The notes: a model not told the origin generated them from the sequence alone. A DNA stretch of 27,624 nt from an uncultured Actinomycetes bacterium (GCA_903893955.1 CAITOG010000390.1:1-27624), one strand, 5' to 3'; shown: positions 8,467 through 17,694, counted from the first letter of the stretch. Numbers and translations are program-made.

Positions 8467-9375
8467 TCAGCCAGCGAGGGAACCCAGGAACTCGAAGGTC
8501 GCCGCCCGCTCCGCGGAATCGCCCGAGATGGCGGCAACGAGCTCGGTGCCACCCGCAGCCTCGAGCTGGCCGATGCCGTCGATGATCTGCTCCTTCGAAC
8601 CCACCAGCGAGATGTCGGCCGGTCGAGCGACGCCCTCCTTCTCGAGCATCGCGGCATACGACGGAAGGTTCGGGTAGATCGAGAACGCCTCGTCGATGCG
8701 GTCCTTCGCCCTACCTGCGTCATCAGTGAGACAGACAGGCAAGGACACGACCACCCTCGGCGCTGGCTTGCCCGCCGCCTCGGCGGCCTCACCGAGCAGC
8801 GGAGCGATGTGCGAGCCGATGGTGCCGATGCCTGTCATCCAGGTGATCGTGCCATCGGTCAGGGTCCCCGCCAGCTTGAGCATGTAGGGGGCCAGCGCTG
8901 CGACCACGACCGACGGCGGCTTGGTGGCAGGGATGTCGAGCGGTCCGACGGTGATGGACTTGAGCACCTCTCCGTCGAGCATCGCCACCTCGCCGCGGAG
9001 CATCGGCATCAATGCGCTCAGATACTCAGCCATGTAGCGACCAGGCCGATCGAAGGAGTAGCCCCACAGGCCTTCGACAACCATCTGGTGTGAGAGCCCG
9101 ATTCCGAGGCAGAGTCGGTCGCCCGACGCAGACTGCACGGTGAGCGCCTGCTGGGCGAGCATCTGGGGGTGACGCGGGTAGACGGGCACCACAGCAGTGC
9201 CAAGCTCGATGTCGGGGACCGATGCCCCGACGACGGCCAGCAGGGTGAGCGCGTCCTGCCCGAAGATCTGGTTGGCCCACGCGCTGTCGTAGCCGGCGTC
9301 CTTGATCGACGCAGCCTGCCTAACGGCATCGGCAACCGATGACTCGACATCGATGAGCGTCCCGATCCTGATCAT
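8467..9375 (-). CDS. LLM-class F420-dependent oxidoreductase (MSMEG_4879-like family)
   Basis: SAWANQIFGQDALT, ELGTAVVPVYPRHP, LAQQALT, GIGLSH, VVAALAP. SD GGAGG. Confidence 0.85.
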   Translation of the reverse strand: MIRIGTLIDVESSVADAVRQAASIKDAGYDSAWANQIFGQDALTLLAVVGASVPDIELGTAVVPVYPRHPQMLAQQALTVQSASGDRLCLGIGLSHQMVVEGLWGYSFDRPGRYMAEYLSALMPMLRGEVAMLDGEVLKSITVGPLDIPATKPPSVVVAALAPYMLKLAGTLTDGTITWMTGIGTIGSHIAPLLGEAAEAAGKPAPRVVVSLPVCLTDDAGRAKDRIDEAFSIYPNLPSYAAMLEKEGVARPADISLVGSKEQIIDGIGQLEAAGGTELVAAISGDSAERAATFEFLGSLAG

Positions 9376-9426
9376 TGAATTCCTCCAGCTCTCGGGCGCG
9401 GTCCACCGCGCGGTGCTGCGAGGAGG

Positions 9427-9993
9427 CTACCCCCGGGCGCAGCGACGAGGTGGTCCGAGCAGTTCAGCGATCCGACCGGACCAGTCGATGTCCTCGGTGC
9501 TGCCGCCCGTCGATCGAACAGCTGAACGCTCGATGGCCAGCTGCTCGGCCGCCTCGCCCGCACCTATGGGCAGGCAACCGGCGATCACGTCTCGCAGGTG
9601 GCGCGCCAGTGCCGGCGACGAGCCACCGGTCGAGACGGCGATGGCCACCGGACCCTCGCGATGTATGGCGACAAGATGCACAGTGGCACGCTCAAGGTCA
9701 TCGACGACGTTCACCCAGGTACCGGAACGCTCCGCTTCTGCGAGCACCTCGTCATTGACCGAAGGGTCTGCAATGGCCGACACGACGAGGAATGCACCAT
9801 CGAGATCACCGGATTCGTAGCGCCGCACCTCGAGCGAGTCGATGCCTGCCGGCATCTCGGCCAAGAGCTCCTCTGTGATGACCGCCACGCGAGCACCTTC
9901 GCTCACCAAGGTGGCCGCTTTGGATGCCGCCACCTTCCCGCCGCCGAGCACCACACATCGTCGACCGGCCAGGTCGATGGCGATCGGCAGCAT
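9427..9993 (-). CDS. sirC: Precorrin-2 dehydrogenase/sirohydrochlorin ferrochelatase (CysG N-terminal/Met8/SirC-like)
   Basis: VVLGGGKVAASK NAD-binding motif, WVNVVDD, AIAVSTGGSSPALA. Start overlaps the cobA stop. Confidence 0.85.
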   Translation of the reverse strand: MLPIAIDLAGRRCVVLGGGKVAASKAATLVSEGARVAVITEELLAEMPAGIDSLEVRRYESGDLDGAFLVVSAIADPSVNDEVLAEAERSGTWVNVVDDLERATVHLVAIHREGPVAIAVSTGGSSPALARHLRDVIAGCLPIGAGEAAEQLAIERSAVRSTGGSTEDIDWSGRIAELLGPPRRCARG

Positions 9994-10724
9994 CAGGCGG
10001 AAGCGAGCCCCGCCGCCTCAAGGACGCGACCGAGCTCGAGCGCAGCGACGGCGCCGATCACCAGCACTGCAGGCGCCCTGACCTCAAGGCGGCCGAGCTG
10101 GTCGAGCCGAGCCCTCTGGACGCGCTGGGCTGCCATCGACGCTGACTCCACCGCCGCGATCGGCGTCTCGGGTGCCAGACCCCCCTCGAGGAGCTGCGCA
10201 GCGATATCGGCTCGTCGCTCGACGCCCATCAGGACCACGAGTGTCATCTCCGAATTCGCGAGCCGACGAAAGTCGACAGCTGCGCCATTGCGAGCACGAC
10301 CCGTGACGACGCTGACGCCGAACGATGCCCCGCGATGGGTCACAGGGATCGCGCCGGCAAGCGGCGCCGCGAACGCTGACGAGATGCCCGGCACGACCTC
10401 GGCCTCGATCCCTGCCGCGCTCAGCGCTTCGAGCTCCTCGCCGCCTCGACCGAAGACGAACGGGTCGCCCCCCTTCAGACGGACGACGCAGCCGTGCCTC
10501 CGACCCAGCGCCACCAGCAGATCGTTGATCAGCGCCTGGGACGATGAGCCGCCGGGACGCTTGCCGACATCGATCAGCTCGGCGCCATCCGCCGACAGAG
10601 CCAGGACCTCGGGGTCGATCAACCGGTCGTGGACCACCACGTCAGCCCTGCCGAGGATCGTGGCGGCACGCACGGTGAGCAGGTCTGTTGCTCCCGGGCC
10701 AGCCCCGACCAGGTAGACGGTCAT
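9993..10724 (-). CDS. cobA: Uroporphyrinogen-III C-methyltransferase
   Basis: VYLVGAGPG, DVVVHDRL, VRLKGGDPFVFGRGGEE, VVPGISS, GIPVTHRG-like, LVVLMG. Confidence 0.95.
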   Translation of the reverse strand: MTVYLVGAGPGATDLLTVRAATILGRADVVVHDRLIDPEVLALSADGAELIDVGKRPGGSSSQALINDLLVALGRRHGCVVRLKGGDPFVFGRGGEELEALSAAGIEAEVVPGISSAFAAPLAGAIPVTHRGASFGVSVVTGRARNGAAVDFRRLANSEMTLVVLMGVERRADIAAQLLEGGLAPETPIAAVESASMAAQRVQRARLDQLGRLEVRAPAVLVIGAVAALELGRVLEAAGLASA

Positions 10725-12388
10725 GAGGAGATCGCCCTCGTGTAGAAGTCACCGAAGGACTCGTCGACCTCGCCCTCATCTCGCCAGCGTTCGAGCAGCG
10801 GTGTGATCACCTCGGTGATCTTGTCGAAGGGAACCTTCTCTGCGTGCAGCGTCGCAAGGCGGTTCCCCGAGGGGCCACCCCCCAAGAACAGGTCGTAGCC
10901 GGTCTTGGTCCGCCCGACCACGCCAACCTCAGCGACCGCAGGTCGTGCGCACCCATTCGGGCAGCCTGTGACGCGAAGCTGCAGGCGACGGCCACCGACG
11001 CCGACCGCGTCGAGTGCCCCCTCGAGACCCTCGACCAGATCGGGCAGGCGGCGCTCAGACTCAGCGAGCGCCTGAGAACAGGTCGGCAGCGCAGGGCAGG
11101 CCAGGGCTGAGCGCTCGACGGAGCCGAGCTCCTCGACGAAGCGCACCCCATGGTCCACCAGGATCGAGGTGACCGCATCGACGTCGGCGGGCGACAGGTG
11201 GGACAACAAGATGTCTTGCTGTGGGGTCACATAGAAGGTCAGATCGAATCGACTCGCAATCTCTCGCAGGGCCGAGCGGAGTCGAGTCCGATCGTCGTCC
11301 TTGACCCTCCCCGCACCGACCCGAAGCCCTAGCTGGCGGCTCCCGTCGGGAAGGGTCCTCCAGCCCAGGTGATCATCAGCCCCGATGTCGGGCAGCACCG
11401 GAAGCGGCGCCACGAGCGGGCGGCCGAACCGAGCGGTGACCTCGGTCGCGAATGCCTCGAGGCCCTCATCGGCAAGCACGTACTTGAGCCGTGCCCGCTT
11501 GCGGTCGCTTCGATCGCCGAGGTCCCGGTAGGCCGTCACGACCGCCGCGATGAGATCCTCGACGTCGCTCTCAGCCACGAAGCACAGGGGGTCGGCAAGT
11601 CGGGCGAAGGTGTTCGGATTCGCATAGGCGCGCCCAAGTCCTCCGCCGACCAACACGGTGAAGCCCTCACCGAGCTCGGGGTGAACGCCAGGGATGAGGC
11701 CGAGGTCCTGCGCGAAAACGTCGACGCAGTTGTCGCCCGGATTGGCGATGGCGATCTTGAACTTCCGAGGAAGATAGGTGTCGCCATAGAAGGCATGCTC
11801 GTCCGACGGCTCGGCAGAGGCAGCCAGCTTGCCGTCCACGAAGACCTCGAAGTGCGCTCTCGTCGACGGCTTGAAGGCAGACGCGATCCGATCGACCGTC
11901 TTGGTCAGCGGGCCGTCGGCGGTCTCAGTCTGGAGGCCAGGGCAGGCGACCACGTTGCGGACGACATCGCCGCAGGCGCCGAACGAGGTCATCAGGTTCG
12001 CATGGAGGCTCCTCGCGAGGTCCTGCAGCGACGTCTTGGCGACCCCATGGAACTGAACCGCCTGTCGGGTGGTGAGACGGAGCGTGTCGTCGGCGAGCTC
12101 GCCAGCGACCGTGTCGAGGGCCAGCCACTGGGACGGGGAGATCCGACCGCCGGGGATGGCCACCCGGATCATGAAGCTGTAGTCGAGCTCCTCCTTGGCC
12201 ACCGACCGGGCACGTCGAGTGTCGCGATCGTCCTGGGCATAGATCCCGTGGAACTTGAGCAGCTGCTCTGCATCTCCGGACACGTTCGCCTTCGAAGTGC
12301 CGAGCTCGTCGAGCAGCGAGCCGCGCAAGTGTCGACTCTCTCGCTTCACGCCCTCGACGGCGGTCTCCGTGGTGGAGGATTCGCTCAC
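10721..12388 (-). CDS. cysI: Siroheme/[4Fe-4S] assimilatory sulfite (or nitrite) reductase hemoprotein, CysI/plant-SiR type
   Basis: KFHGIYAQDDRD, RLTTRQAVQFHG, GACGDVVRNV, YLPRKFKIA, and cluster ligands CPALPTC and GCPNGC. GTG 12388 has SD AGGGGAG. Confidence 0.88.
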   Translation of the reverse strand: MSESSTTETAVEGVKRESRHLRGSLLDELGTSKANVSGDAEQLLKFHGIYAQDDRDTRRARSVAKEELDYSFMIRVAIPGGRISPSQWLALDTVAGELADDTLRLTTRQAVQFHGVAKTSLQDLARSLHANLMTSFGACGDVVRNVVACPGLQTETADGPLTKTVDRIASAFKPSTRAHFEVFVDGKLAASAEPSDEHAFYGDTYLPRKFKIAIANPGDNCVDVFAQDLGLIPGVHPELGEGFTVLVGGGLGRAYANPNTFARLADPLCFVAESDVEDLIAAVVTAYRDLGDRSDRKRARLKYVLADEGLEAFATEVTARFGRPLVAPLPVLPDIGADDHLGWRTLPDGSRQLGLRVGAGRVKDDDRTRLRSALREIASRFDLTFYVTPQQDILLSHLSPADVDAVTSILVDHGVRFVEELGSVERSALACPALPTCSQALAESERRLPDLVEGLEGALDAVGVGGRRLQLRVTGCPNGCARPAVAEVGVVGRTKTGYDLFLGGGPSGNRLATLHAEKVPFDKITEVITPLLERWRDEGEVDESFGDFYTRAISS

Positions 12389-12429
12389 TTCTGCTCCCCT
12401 AGATGCTGGCCCCGTGCTATTCCCCCAAA

Positions 12430-12457
12430 ACCTTACCTGATTAGTCATAATTCGCAA
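12430..12457 (-). promoter_or_regulatory. Putative housekeeping promoter for the sulfite reductase operon (TTGCGA-N16-TAAGGT)
   Basis: On the minus strand, -35 at 12452-12457 and -10 at 12430-12435, within an AT-rich patch. Confidence 0.5.
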
Positions 12458-12500
12458 ACACCACCATCGGCTCTGGTGCAATCCCGGTAGCCTCATGGTC

Positions 12501-12548
12501 GTGGCGACCTGCTTGAACCCGTCTCTCACGCCGTCAGCGCACAGATGA
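12501..12548 (+). CDS. Candidate leaderless upstream sORF (15 aa, [15 protein letters not shown]) overlapping the purK start
   Basis: TAGCCT -10 at 12488-12493 lies 7 nt before GTG 12501. The TGA (12546-12548) overlaps the purK ATG as ATGA. Confidence 0.35.
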   Translation: MATCLNPSLTPSAHR

Positions 12549-13699
12549 GGGTCGGCGTCATCGGAGGCGGCCAGCTTGCGAGGATGCTGCTCGAGGACGC
12601 CAGTCGCCTCGGGATCGAGGCGACCATCCTCGCCGAGCATGCTGACGACGGAGCGGCGAAGGAAGCGAGCCGGGTGCTGCTCGGAGCGGCGACCGACGAG
12701 GCCGCGCTTCGACGTCTGGCCCACGAAGTGGACGTGATCACGCTCGATCACGAGCTCGTCGATCTCGAGATGCTCGGCGAGCTCGAGGCCTCAGGCGTGA
12801 TCATCCGCCCGTCACCCCACGCGCTGCGTTGCGCTGTCGACAAGATCGAGATGCGGACCGAGCTCGGCAAAGCGAGCCTGCCGATGCCGGCGTACGGGAT
12901 CATCACGACCAGCGATCCGACCGACGTCGCGCCGCTCGGCGAGCGACTCGGATGGCCGCTCGTCATCAAGGCGGCACGGGGTGGTTACGACGGTCGTGGC
13001 GTGTTCGTCGTCGACGACGCGAAGCGTGCACAGGCTGTGGTCGATGAGCTGCACGCCGCTGGTATCGATGTGCTCGTCGAGGAGAAGGTCGCCATCGACC
13101 AAGAGCTCGCGGCCCTGGTGGTTCGCCGACCTGGCGGGCAGAGCGCATCGTGGCCCGCCGTCGAGACAGCCCAGGTCGGCGGCGTGTGTCGCGAAGTCCT
13201 CGTCCCTGGCAGCCTCGACGGCTCGCTGGCGGCGCAGGCAGAAGCGCTTGCCGTCACGATCGCTGAACTCCTCGGCGTTGTCGGCATCCTCGCTGTCGAG
13301 CTCTTCGTCACGAATGGTCGCTTGGTGATCAACGAGCTCGCCATGCGACCGCACAACTCCGGCCATTGGACCCAAGACGGCTCTGTCACCTCGCAGTTCG
13401 AGAACCACCTTCGAGCCGTGCTCGACCTGCCCCTCGGCTCGACCCGATTGACGGCCGACCACGTGGCCTCAGTCAACGTCTTCGGCTCAGACGACGTCAG
13501 CGACTTCGACCATGCCCTCGCCGATTCGCTGGTGATCCCTGATGCCAAGCTCCACCTCTATGGCAAGTCGCCACGGCCGGGGCGCAAGCTCGGTCACGTG
13601 AACGTTGCGGGGGCCGATGGGCCGACAGTGCGACGCCATGCGTGGATGGCCGCACTCGCACTTGGCACACCGATGCCTCCCGAGATGGAAGAGTTGTGA
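12545..13699 (+). CDS. purK: N5-carboxyaminoimidazole ribonucleotide synthase
   Basis: [64 protein letters not shown]. Confidence 0.97.
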   Translation: MRVGVIGGGQLARMLLEDASRLGIEATILAEHADDGAAKEASRVLLGAATDEAALRRLAHEVDVITLDHELVDLEMLGELEASGVIIRPSPHALRCAVDKIEMRTELGKASLPMPAYGIITTSDPTDVAPLGERLGWPLVIKAARGGYDGRGVFVVDDAKRAQAVVDELHAAGIDVLVEEKVAIDQELAALVVRRPGGQSASWPAVETAQVGGVCREVLVPGSLDGSLAAQAEALAVTIAELLGVVGILAVELFVTNGRLVINELAMRPHNSGHWTQDGSVTSQFENHLRAVLDLPLGSTRLTADHVASVNVFGSDDVSDFDHALADSLVIPDAKLHLYGKSPRPGRKLGHVNVAGADGPTVRRHAWMAALALGTPMPPEMEEL

Positions 13700-13701
13700 G
13701 C

Positions 13702-14202
13702 ATGAACGTGCAGCCTCGAGTCGGCATCGTCATGGGATCGAGCTCGGATCTCGACGTCATGAGGGCAGCCGAGGCCATCTTGGACGAGTTCGGCATCCCG
13801 AGCGAGATCCATGTGGTCTCTGCCCATCGAACGCCTGAGCGGATGCTCGCCTACGGCAGCGATGCCGCCGGGCGAGGGCTCAAGGTCATCATCGCCGGAG
13901 CCGGTGGCGCAGCCCACCTCCCTGGCATGCTCGCCTCGGTCACCTCATTGCCGGTCATCGGCGTCCCCGTCGCGCTGGCTCGCCTCGACGGCCTCGACTC
14001 GCTGCTCTCCATCGTCCAGATGCCCCGTGGCGTCCCGGTCGCCACGGTGGCGATCAACGGTGCTGAGAATGCAGGACTCTTGGCACTTCGCATCCTGGGC
14101 GCCGGCGACCCCGCGCTCACGGCTGCACTCGACGAGCATCGTGCTCGCCTCGCCACCACTGCCGAGGCCCAAGACGCAGCCATCGAGCGAGAGCGACGCT
14201 GA
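13702..14202 (+). CDS. purE: N5-CAIR mutase
   Basis: [52 protein letters not shown]. Start trimmed to ATG 13702. Confidence 0.97.
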   Translation: MNVQPRVGIVMGSSSDLDVMRAAEAILDEFGIPSEIHVVSAHRTPERMLAYGSDAAGRGLKVIIAGAGGAAHLPGMLASVTSLPVIGVPVALARLDGLDSLLSIVQMPRGVPVATVAINGAENAGLLALRILGAGDPALTAALDEHRARLATTAEAQDAAIERERR

Positions 14203-15035
14203 TGTCGGAGCTGAGCTGGCGCCTGGGATACGGCGAAGAAGGCAGGGTCGTCATCGTCACCGCTGATGAGCTTGGGCTGTGTCACGCCGCGAACCGAGGC
14301 GTCGAGGAGGCCACTTCGAGCGGCATCGCCACGAGTGCCTCTCTGCTCGTCCCCGCGCCCTGGGCGCGAGAGGCCGCCGCACGGCACCGAGGCGGGGACG
14401 TCGGCGTCTCACTGGCCATCACCGCAGAGCATGAGCTCCTCAGGTTCGGCCCGGTGACCGTTGCCCCATCGCTCCTCGGGGGCGATGGTGGCTTCCCCGG
14501 CAGCGTCGACGATGCTCTCGATCACGCCGACCTCGACGAGGTCCGACGCGAGTGCCGTGCCCAGCTCGAGCGAGCGATCTTGCTCGGCTTCGACGTCTCC
14601 CACCTGGCGTCGCACGCCTCTGCGCTCGTGACCAAGCCAGAGTTCTTCGACGTCCTCTTGGAGCTTGCGGTGGAGTACCGGCTGCCCTTGCGCCTGCTGT
14701 CTGGCCCGAAGGCCGATGGGCTCGGATTCCCGGCTCGCTCGCTTGCCAAGGAGGAGGGTGTGATCGTCCCCGATCAGGTGGTGGACACCACTGGAAGCTC
14801 GCTGCGCGACTGCCTCCCCGAGCTCCTCGACACCATCGGCCCAGGTGTGACCGAGGTGATCACACGTCCCGCCATCGACACCGACGAGCTGCGAGCGTTC
14901 GCCCACGATGCCGATGCCAGGGTCGACGACCTTCGCCTCATGGCACGAGAGGCTGCCGCTCGCTCGCAGCTGCGCAGCGCCGGCGTGACGATGGTCGGCT
15001 GGAAACCGCTCGCCGAGCTCGCTCGGCGCTCCTAG
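14202..15035 (+). CDS. ChbG/HpnK/YdjC-family deacetylase-like protein with a degenerate active site
   Basis: VIVTADELG, ATSASLLV, DEVRRECRAQLERA, SHLASH, GVTEVITRP. TGATG coupling to purE. Confidence 0.8.
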   Translation: MSELSWRLGYGEEGRVVIVTADELGLCHAANRGVEEATSSGIATSASLLVPAPWAREAAARHRGGDVGVSLAITAEHELLRFGPVTVAPSLLGGDGGFPGSVDDALDHADLDEVRRECRAQLERAILLGFDVSHLASHASALVTKPEFFDVLLELAVEYRLPLRLLSGPKADGLGFPARSLAKEEGVIVPDQVVDTTGSSLRDCLPELLDTIGPGVTEVITRPAIDTDELRAFAHDADARVDDLRLMAREAAARSQLRSAGVTMVGWKPLAELARRS

Positions 15036-15044
15036 CTCGACCGC

Positions 15045-15311
15045 CTAGCGACCGTTTCGCTCTCGATGGGAGCAGCCCGGCCAGCAGCATGGGCGTCGCA
15101 TCCCATCCTCGAGCTCCTCGACGGTGCGGCGGATGCGACGCTCACGAGTCGCATCGCGCTTGGCATCTTCGACCCAGCAGATGAACTCGTTGCGCGCCAA
15201 GGGGGTGATGTCGCCCCACGCGTGGGTCGCCACTTCGCTTCGACGAAGGCCCTGCTCGAGATCGGCGGGAAGGTCGTGGACCGCGCCACCACTCAGCTTG
15301 CTCGCTGCCAT
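15045..15311 (-). CDS. YdeI/OmpD-associated family small protein
   Basis: VHDLPADL...WGDITPLARNEFICWVEDAK..TRERRIRRTVEEL..G.RRPCCWPGC. Start trimmed to ATG 15311. Confidence 0.8.
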   Translation of the reverse strand: MAASKLSGGAVHDLPADLEQGLRRSEVATHAWGDITPLARNEFICWVEDAKRDATRERRIRRTVEELEDGMRRPCCWPGCSHRERNGR

Positions 15312-15403
15312 CTGGCCATCGTAGAGCCCCCCTGCCCGACCGCCTCGCACAGGAGAGGGGGCGAGCTTGGGTAGCGTTGGGCACCCAGACCGACGTGAAG
15401 AGG

Positions 15404-16825
15404 ATGGCAGCCATCGTGGCAAAGCAGAGCGTGCTCACCCCCCAGGCGCAGGACTTTCCTCGCTGGTACCAGGACATCCTCGCCAAGGCGGAGCTCGCCG
15501 AGAACGGTCCTGTCAGAGGGACCATGGTCATCAGGCCCTACGGCTATTCGATCTGGGAGCGGATCCAAGCGGAGATCGACGCTCGCATCAAGGCGGCGGG
15601 GGCGAAGAACGCCTACTTCCCATTGTTCATCCCCGAGTCGTACCTCAAGCGAGAGGCAGAGCACGTCGAGGGGTTCAGCCCCGAGCTCGCCGTCGTGACC
15701 CATGCTGGTGGCGAGGAGCTCGCCGAGCCGGTGGTGGTGCGTCCGACCTCGGAGACCGTCATCGGGGAATACATGGCGAAGTGGACCCAGAGCTATCGGG
15801 ATCTCCCGCTCCTGCTCAACCAGTGGGCCAACGTGGTCCGATGGGAGCTGCGCCCTCGCCTCTTCCTGCGCACCAGCGAGTTCCTCTGGCAGGAGGGCCA
15901 CACCGCCCACGTGGATGAGGCCGACGCGGCGGCGTATGCCAGACGGATCCATCACGACGTCTACAACGACTTCCTCACCGAGGTCCTCGCCATCCCGGCC
16001 CAGCTCGGGATCAAGACGGCTCGAGAGCGGTTCGCCGGCGCGACCAACACCATGACCTGCGAAGGGATGATGGGTGACGGCAAGGCGTTGCAGATGGCGA
16101 CGAGCCATGAGCTCGGTCAGAACTTCGCCCGCGCCTTCGACATCAAGTTCCTTGGTGACGACAGCGTCGAGCACCTCTGCTTCACCACGTCGTGGGGCGC
16201 TTCCTCACGGCTCGTCGGCGGGCTGATCATGGGCCATGGGGACGACAACGGCCTCGTGGTCCCGCCTCGATTGGCACCGGTCCAGGTCGCGATCCTTGCC
16301 ATCCGCGATGAGCCTGATGTGGCCGACGCCATCGATGTGCTCGAGGCCGAACTCAAGGGAGCAGGCATCCGCGTCGAGGTCGACCGCCGGCAGGGATCCT
16401 TCGGACGGCGGGTGACCGACTGGGAGCTCAAGGGCGTGCCGGTCCGCGTCGAGATCGGGCCACGCGACCTGGCCGAGGGCAGCCTGACGATCGCTCGCAG
16501 AGACACCAGCGAGAAGATCACCGTTCCAGTCGCAGAGGCAGCCAGCCGGGTTCCCGTTCTCCTCGAGGAGATCCAGGCATCGCTCCTGACCGGCGCCATC
16601 GCCAAGCGGGACGACCGGACCACCGACGTCTCTTCGCTCGCCGAGGCGATCGAAGCGGGACAGCACGGCTTCGCCCGGCTGCCGTGGCGGCTCGTCGGCC
16701 CAGAGGGCGAGGCCGAACTCAACAAGCACACCTTGTCGGTGCGCTGCCTGCAGAGCCCAGAGGGCGGCATCCCTGACGACCACGACGCCGACGACCTCGT
16801 CTGCATCGTGGCGCGCTCCTACTAG
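15404..16825 (+). CDS. proS: Proline--tRNA ligase, archaeal/eukaryote type (no INS editing domain)
   Basis: GPVRGTMVIRPYG, YFPLFIP, VRPTSET, NVVRWE..LFLRTSEFLWQEGHT, QMATSHELGQNF, TSWGASSRLVG, C-terminal ARSY. Start could be 15395, 15404 or 15416. Confidence 0.96.
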   Translation: MAAIVAKQSVLTPQAQDFPRWYQDILAKAELAENGPVRGTMVIRPYGYSIWERIQAEIDARIKAAGAKNAYFPLFIPESYLKREAEHVEGFSPELAVVTHAGGEELAEPVVVRPTSETVIGEYMAKWTQSYRDLPLLLNQWANVVRWELRPRLFLRTSEFLWQEGHTAHVDEADAAAYARRIHHDVYNDFLTEVLAIPAQLGIKTARERFAGATNTMTCEGMMGDGKALQMATSHELGQNFARAFDIKFLGDDSVEHLCFTTSWGASSRLVGGLIMGHGDDNGLVVPPRLAPVQVAILAIRDEPDVADAIDVLEAELKGAGIRVEVDRRQGSFGRRVTDWELKGVPVRVEIGPRDLAEGSLTIARRDTSEKITVPVAEAASRVPVLLEEIQASLLTGAIAKRDDRTTDVSSLAEAIEAGQHGFARLPWRLVGPEGEAELNKHTLSVRCLQSPEGGIPDDHDADDLVCIVARSY

Positions 16826-16842
16826 CACCGCCTGCGTCGAGA

Positions 16843-17694
16843 TCAGAGACCTGCGAAGAGATCGTCTTCGACCACGTCGGTCGGGCCCACTCGGCTCTTA
16901 GCGAGCCGGTAGTGCTCAAAAGGGTGGACGCTGTGGCGGACCTCGTCTGGCAGGCCGAACCACCAGGGCGATGTCGGATCGATCTGCGTCGCGTGGCACA
17001 GGAGCGCCTCGTCTCGAACGTGGGCGAAGCCGGTCACGTCGATGGTGGTCGTGAACCGCTCCCCCGCTGAGATCCTCTCCAAGAAGCCCTCGTCATAGGG
17101 CGAGTCGATGCCGAGCTCAAGGTACTTCTCATGGAGCTTCATCATCCTGATCGCTGGCCACACGGTGTAGTAGAGCTTCGCCACCTCGTGCGGCGTGCCG
17201 GCCTCGGGAAAACGAGCGGGGTCACCTGCTGCCTCGAAGGCGGCCACTGAGATGTCGTGCGCACGGATGTGGTCGGGATGCGGATACTCATGCTGCTCGT
17301 CGGGATACGAGATGAGCACGTCAGGCCGAGCGCTGCGGATGACCGCCACGAGTCGGCCGACCGCCTCTTCGAGGGGTGCGTTCCAGAACGCGTCAGGGTG
17401 ACGGTTCGCCTCGGAGTCGGGCATGCCCGAATCGCGGTAGCCGAGGTGCACCACCTCGTCGTAGCCGATGACCCGGCACGCTGCGTCAAGCTCGCCGGCC
17501 CGTCGCTCGGCGAGCGACTCTCCCGCAGCCAGGGTCACCGCAGGGTTCAAGATCTCGCCCTCAGCACCGTCGGTACAGCAGACCAGCGTCGTTCTGGCAC
17601 CAGCCGCGCCATAGCGGGCGATGGTCGCGGGGCCCTTCGACGACTCGTCGTCGGGATGCGCGTGCACGGTCACGATGGAGCGGGGGGACGCCAC
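16843..17694 (-). CDS. mca: Mycothiol conjugate amidase (PIG-L family)
   Basis: VHAHPDDE, CTDGAEGEILNP, LGYRDSGM, YPHPDHIR, ALLCHATQIDP. Confidence 0.88.
   Translation of the reverse strand: MASPRSIVTVHAHPDDESSKGPATIARYGAAGARTTLVCCTDGAEGEILNPAVTLAAGESLAERRAGELDAACRVIGYDEVVHLGYRDSGMPDSEANRHPDAFWNAPLEEAVGRLVAVIRSARPDVLISYPDEQHEYPHPDHIRAHDISVAAFEAAGDPARFPEAGTPHEVAKLYYTVWPAIRMMKLHEKYLELGIDSPYDEGFLERISAGERFTTTIDVTGFAHVRDEALLCHATQIDPTSPWWFGLPDEVRHSVHPFEHYRLAKSRVGPTDVVEDDLFAGL

Noticed and set aside
9598-12490. Long plus-strand ORFs 9598-10716 and 11369-12490
   Set aside because: Antisense shadows of sirC/cobA and the sulfite reductase.
12389-12544. SAM riboswitch or polycysteine leader before the sulfite reductase; ZTP or purine riboswitch before purK
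   Set aside because: No SAM-I/IV, pfl or purine consensus elements recognised. The predicted reductase leader is only ~35 nt with no Cys-rich ORF. An Infernal/Rfam scan would be decisive.
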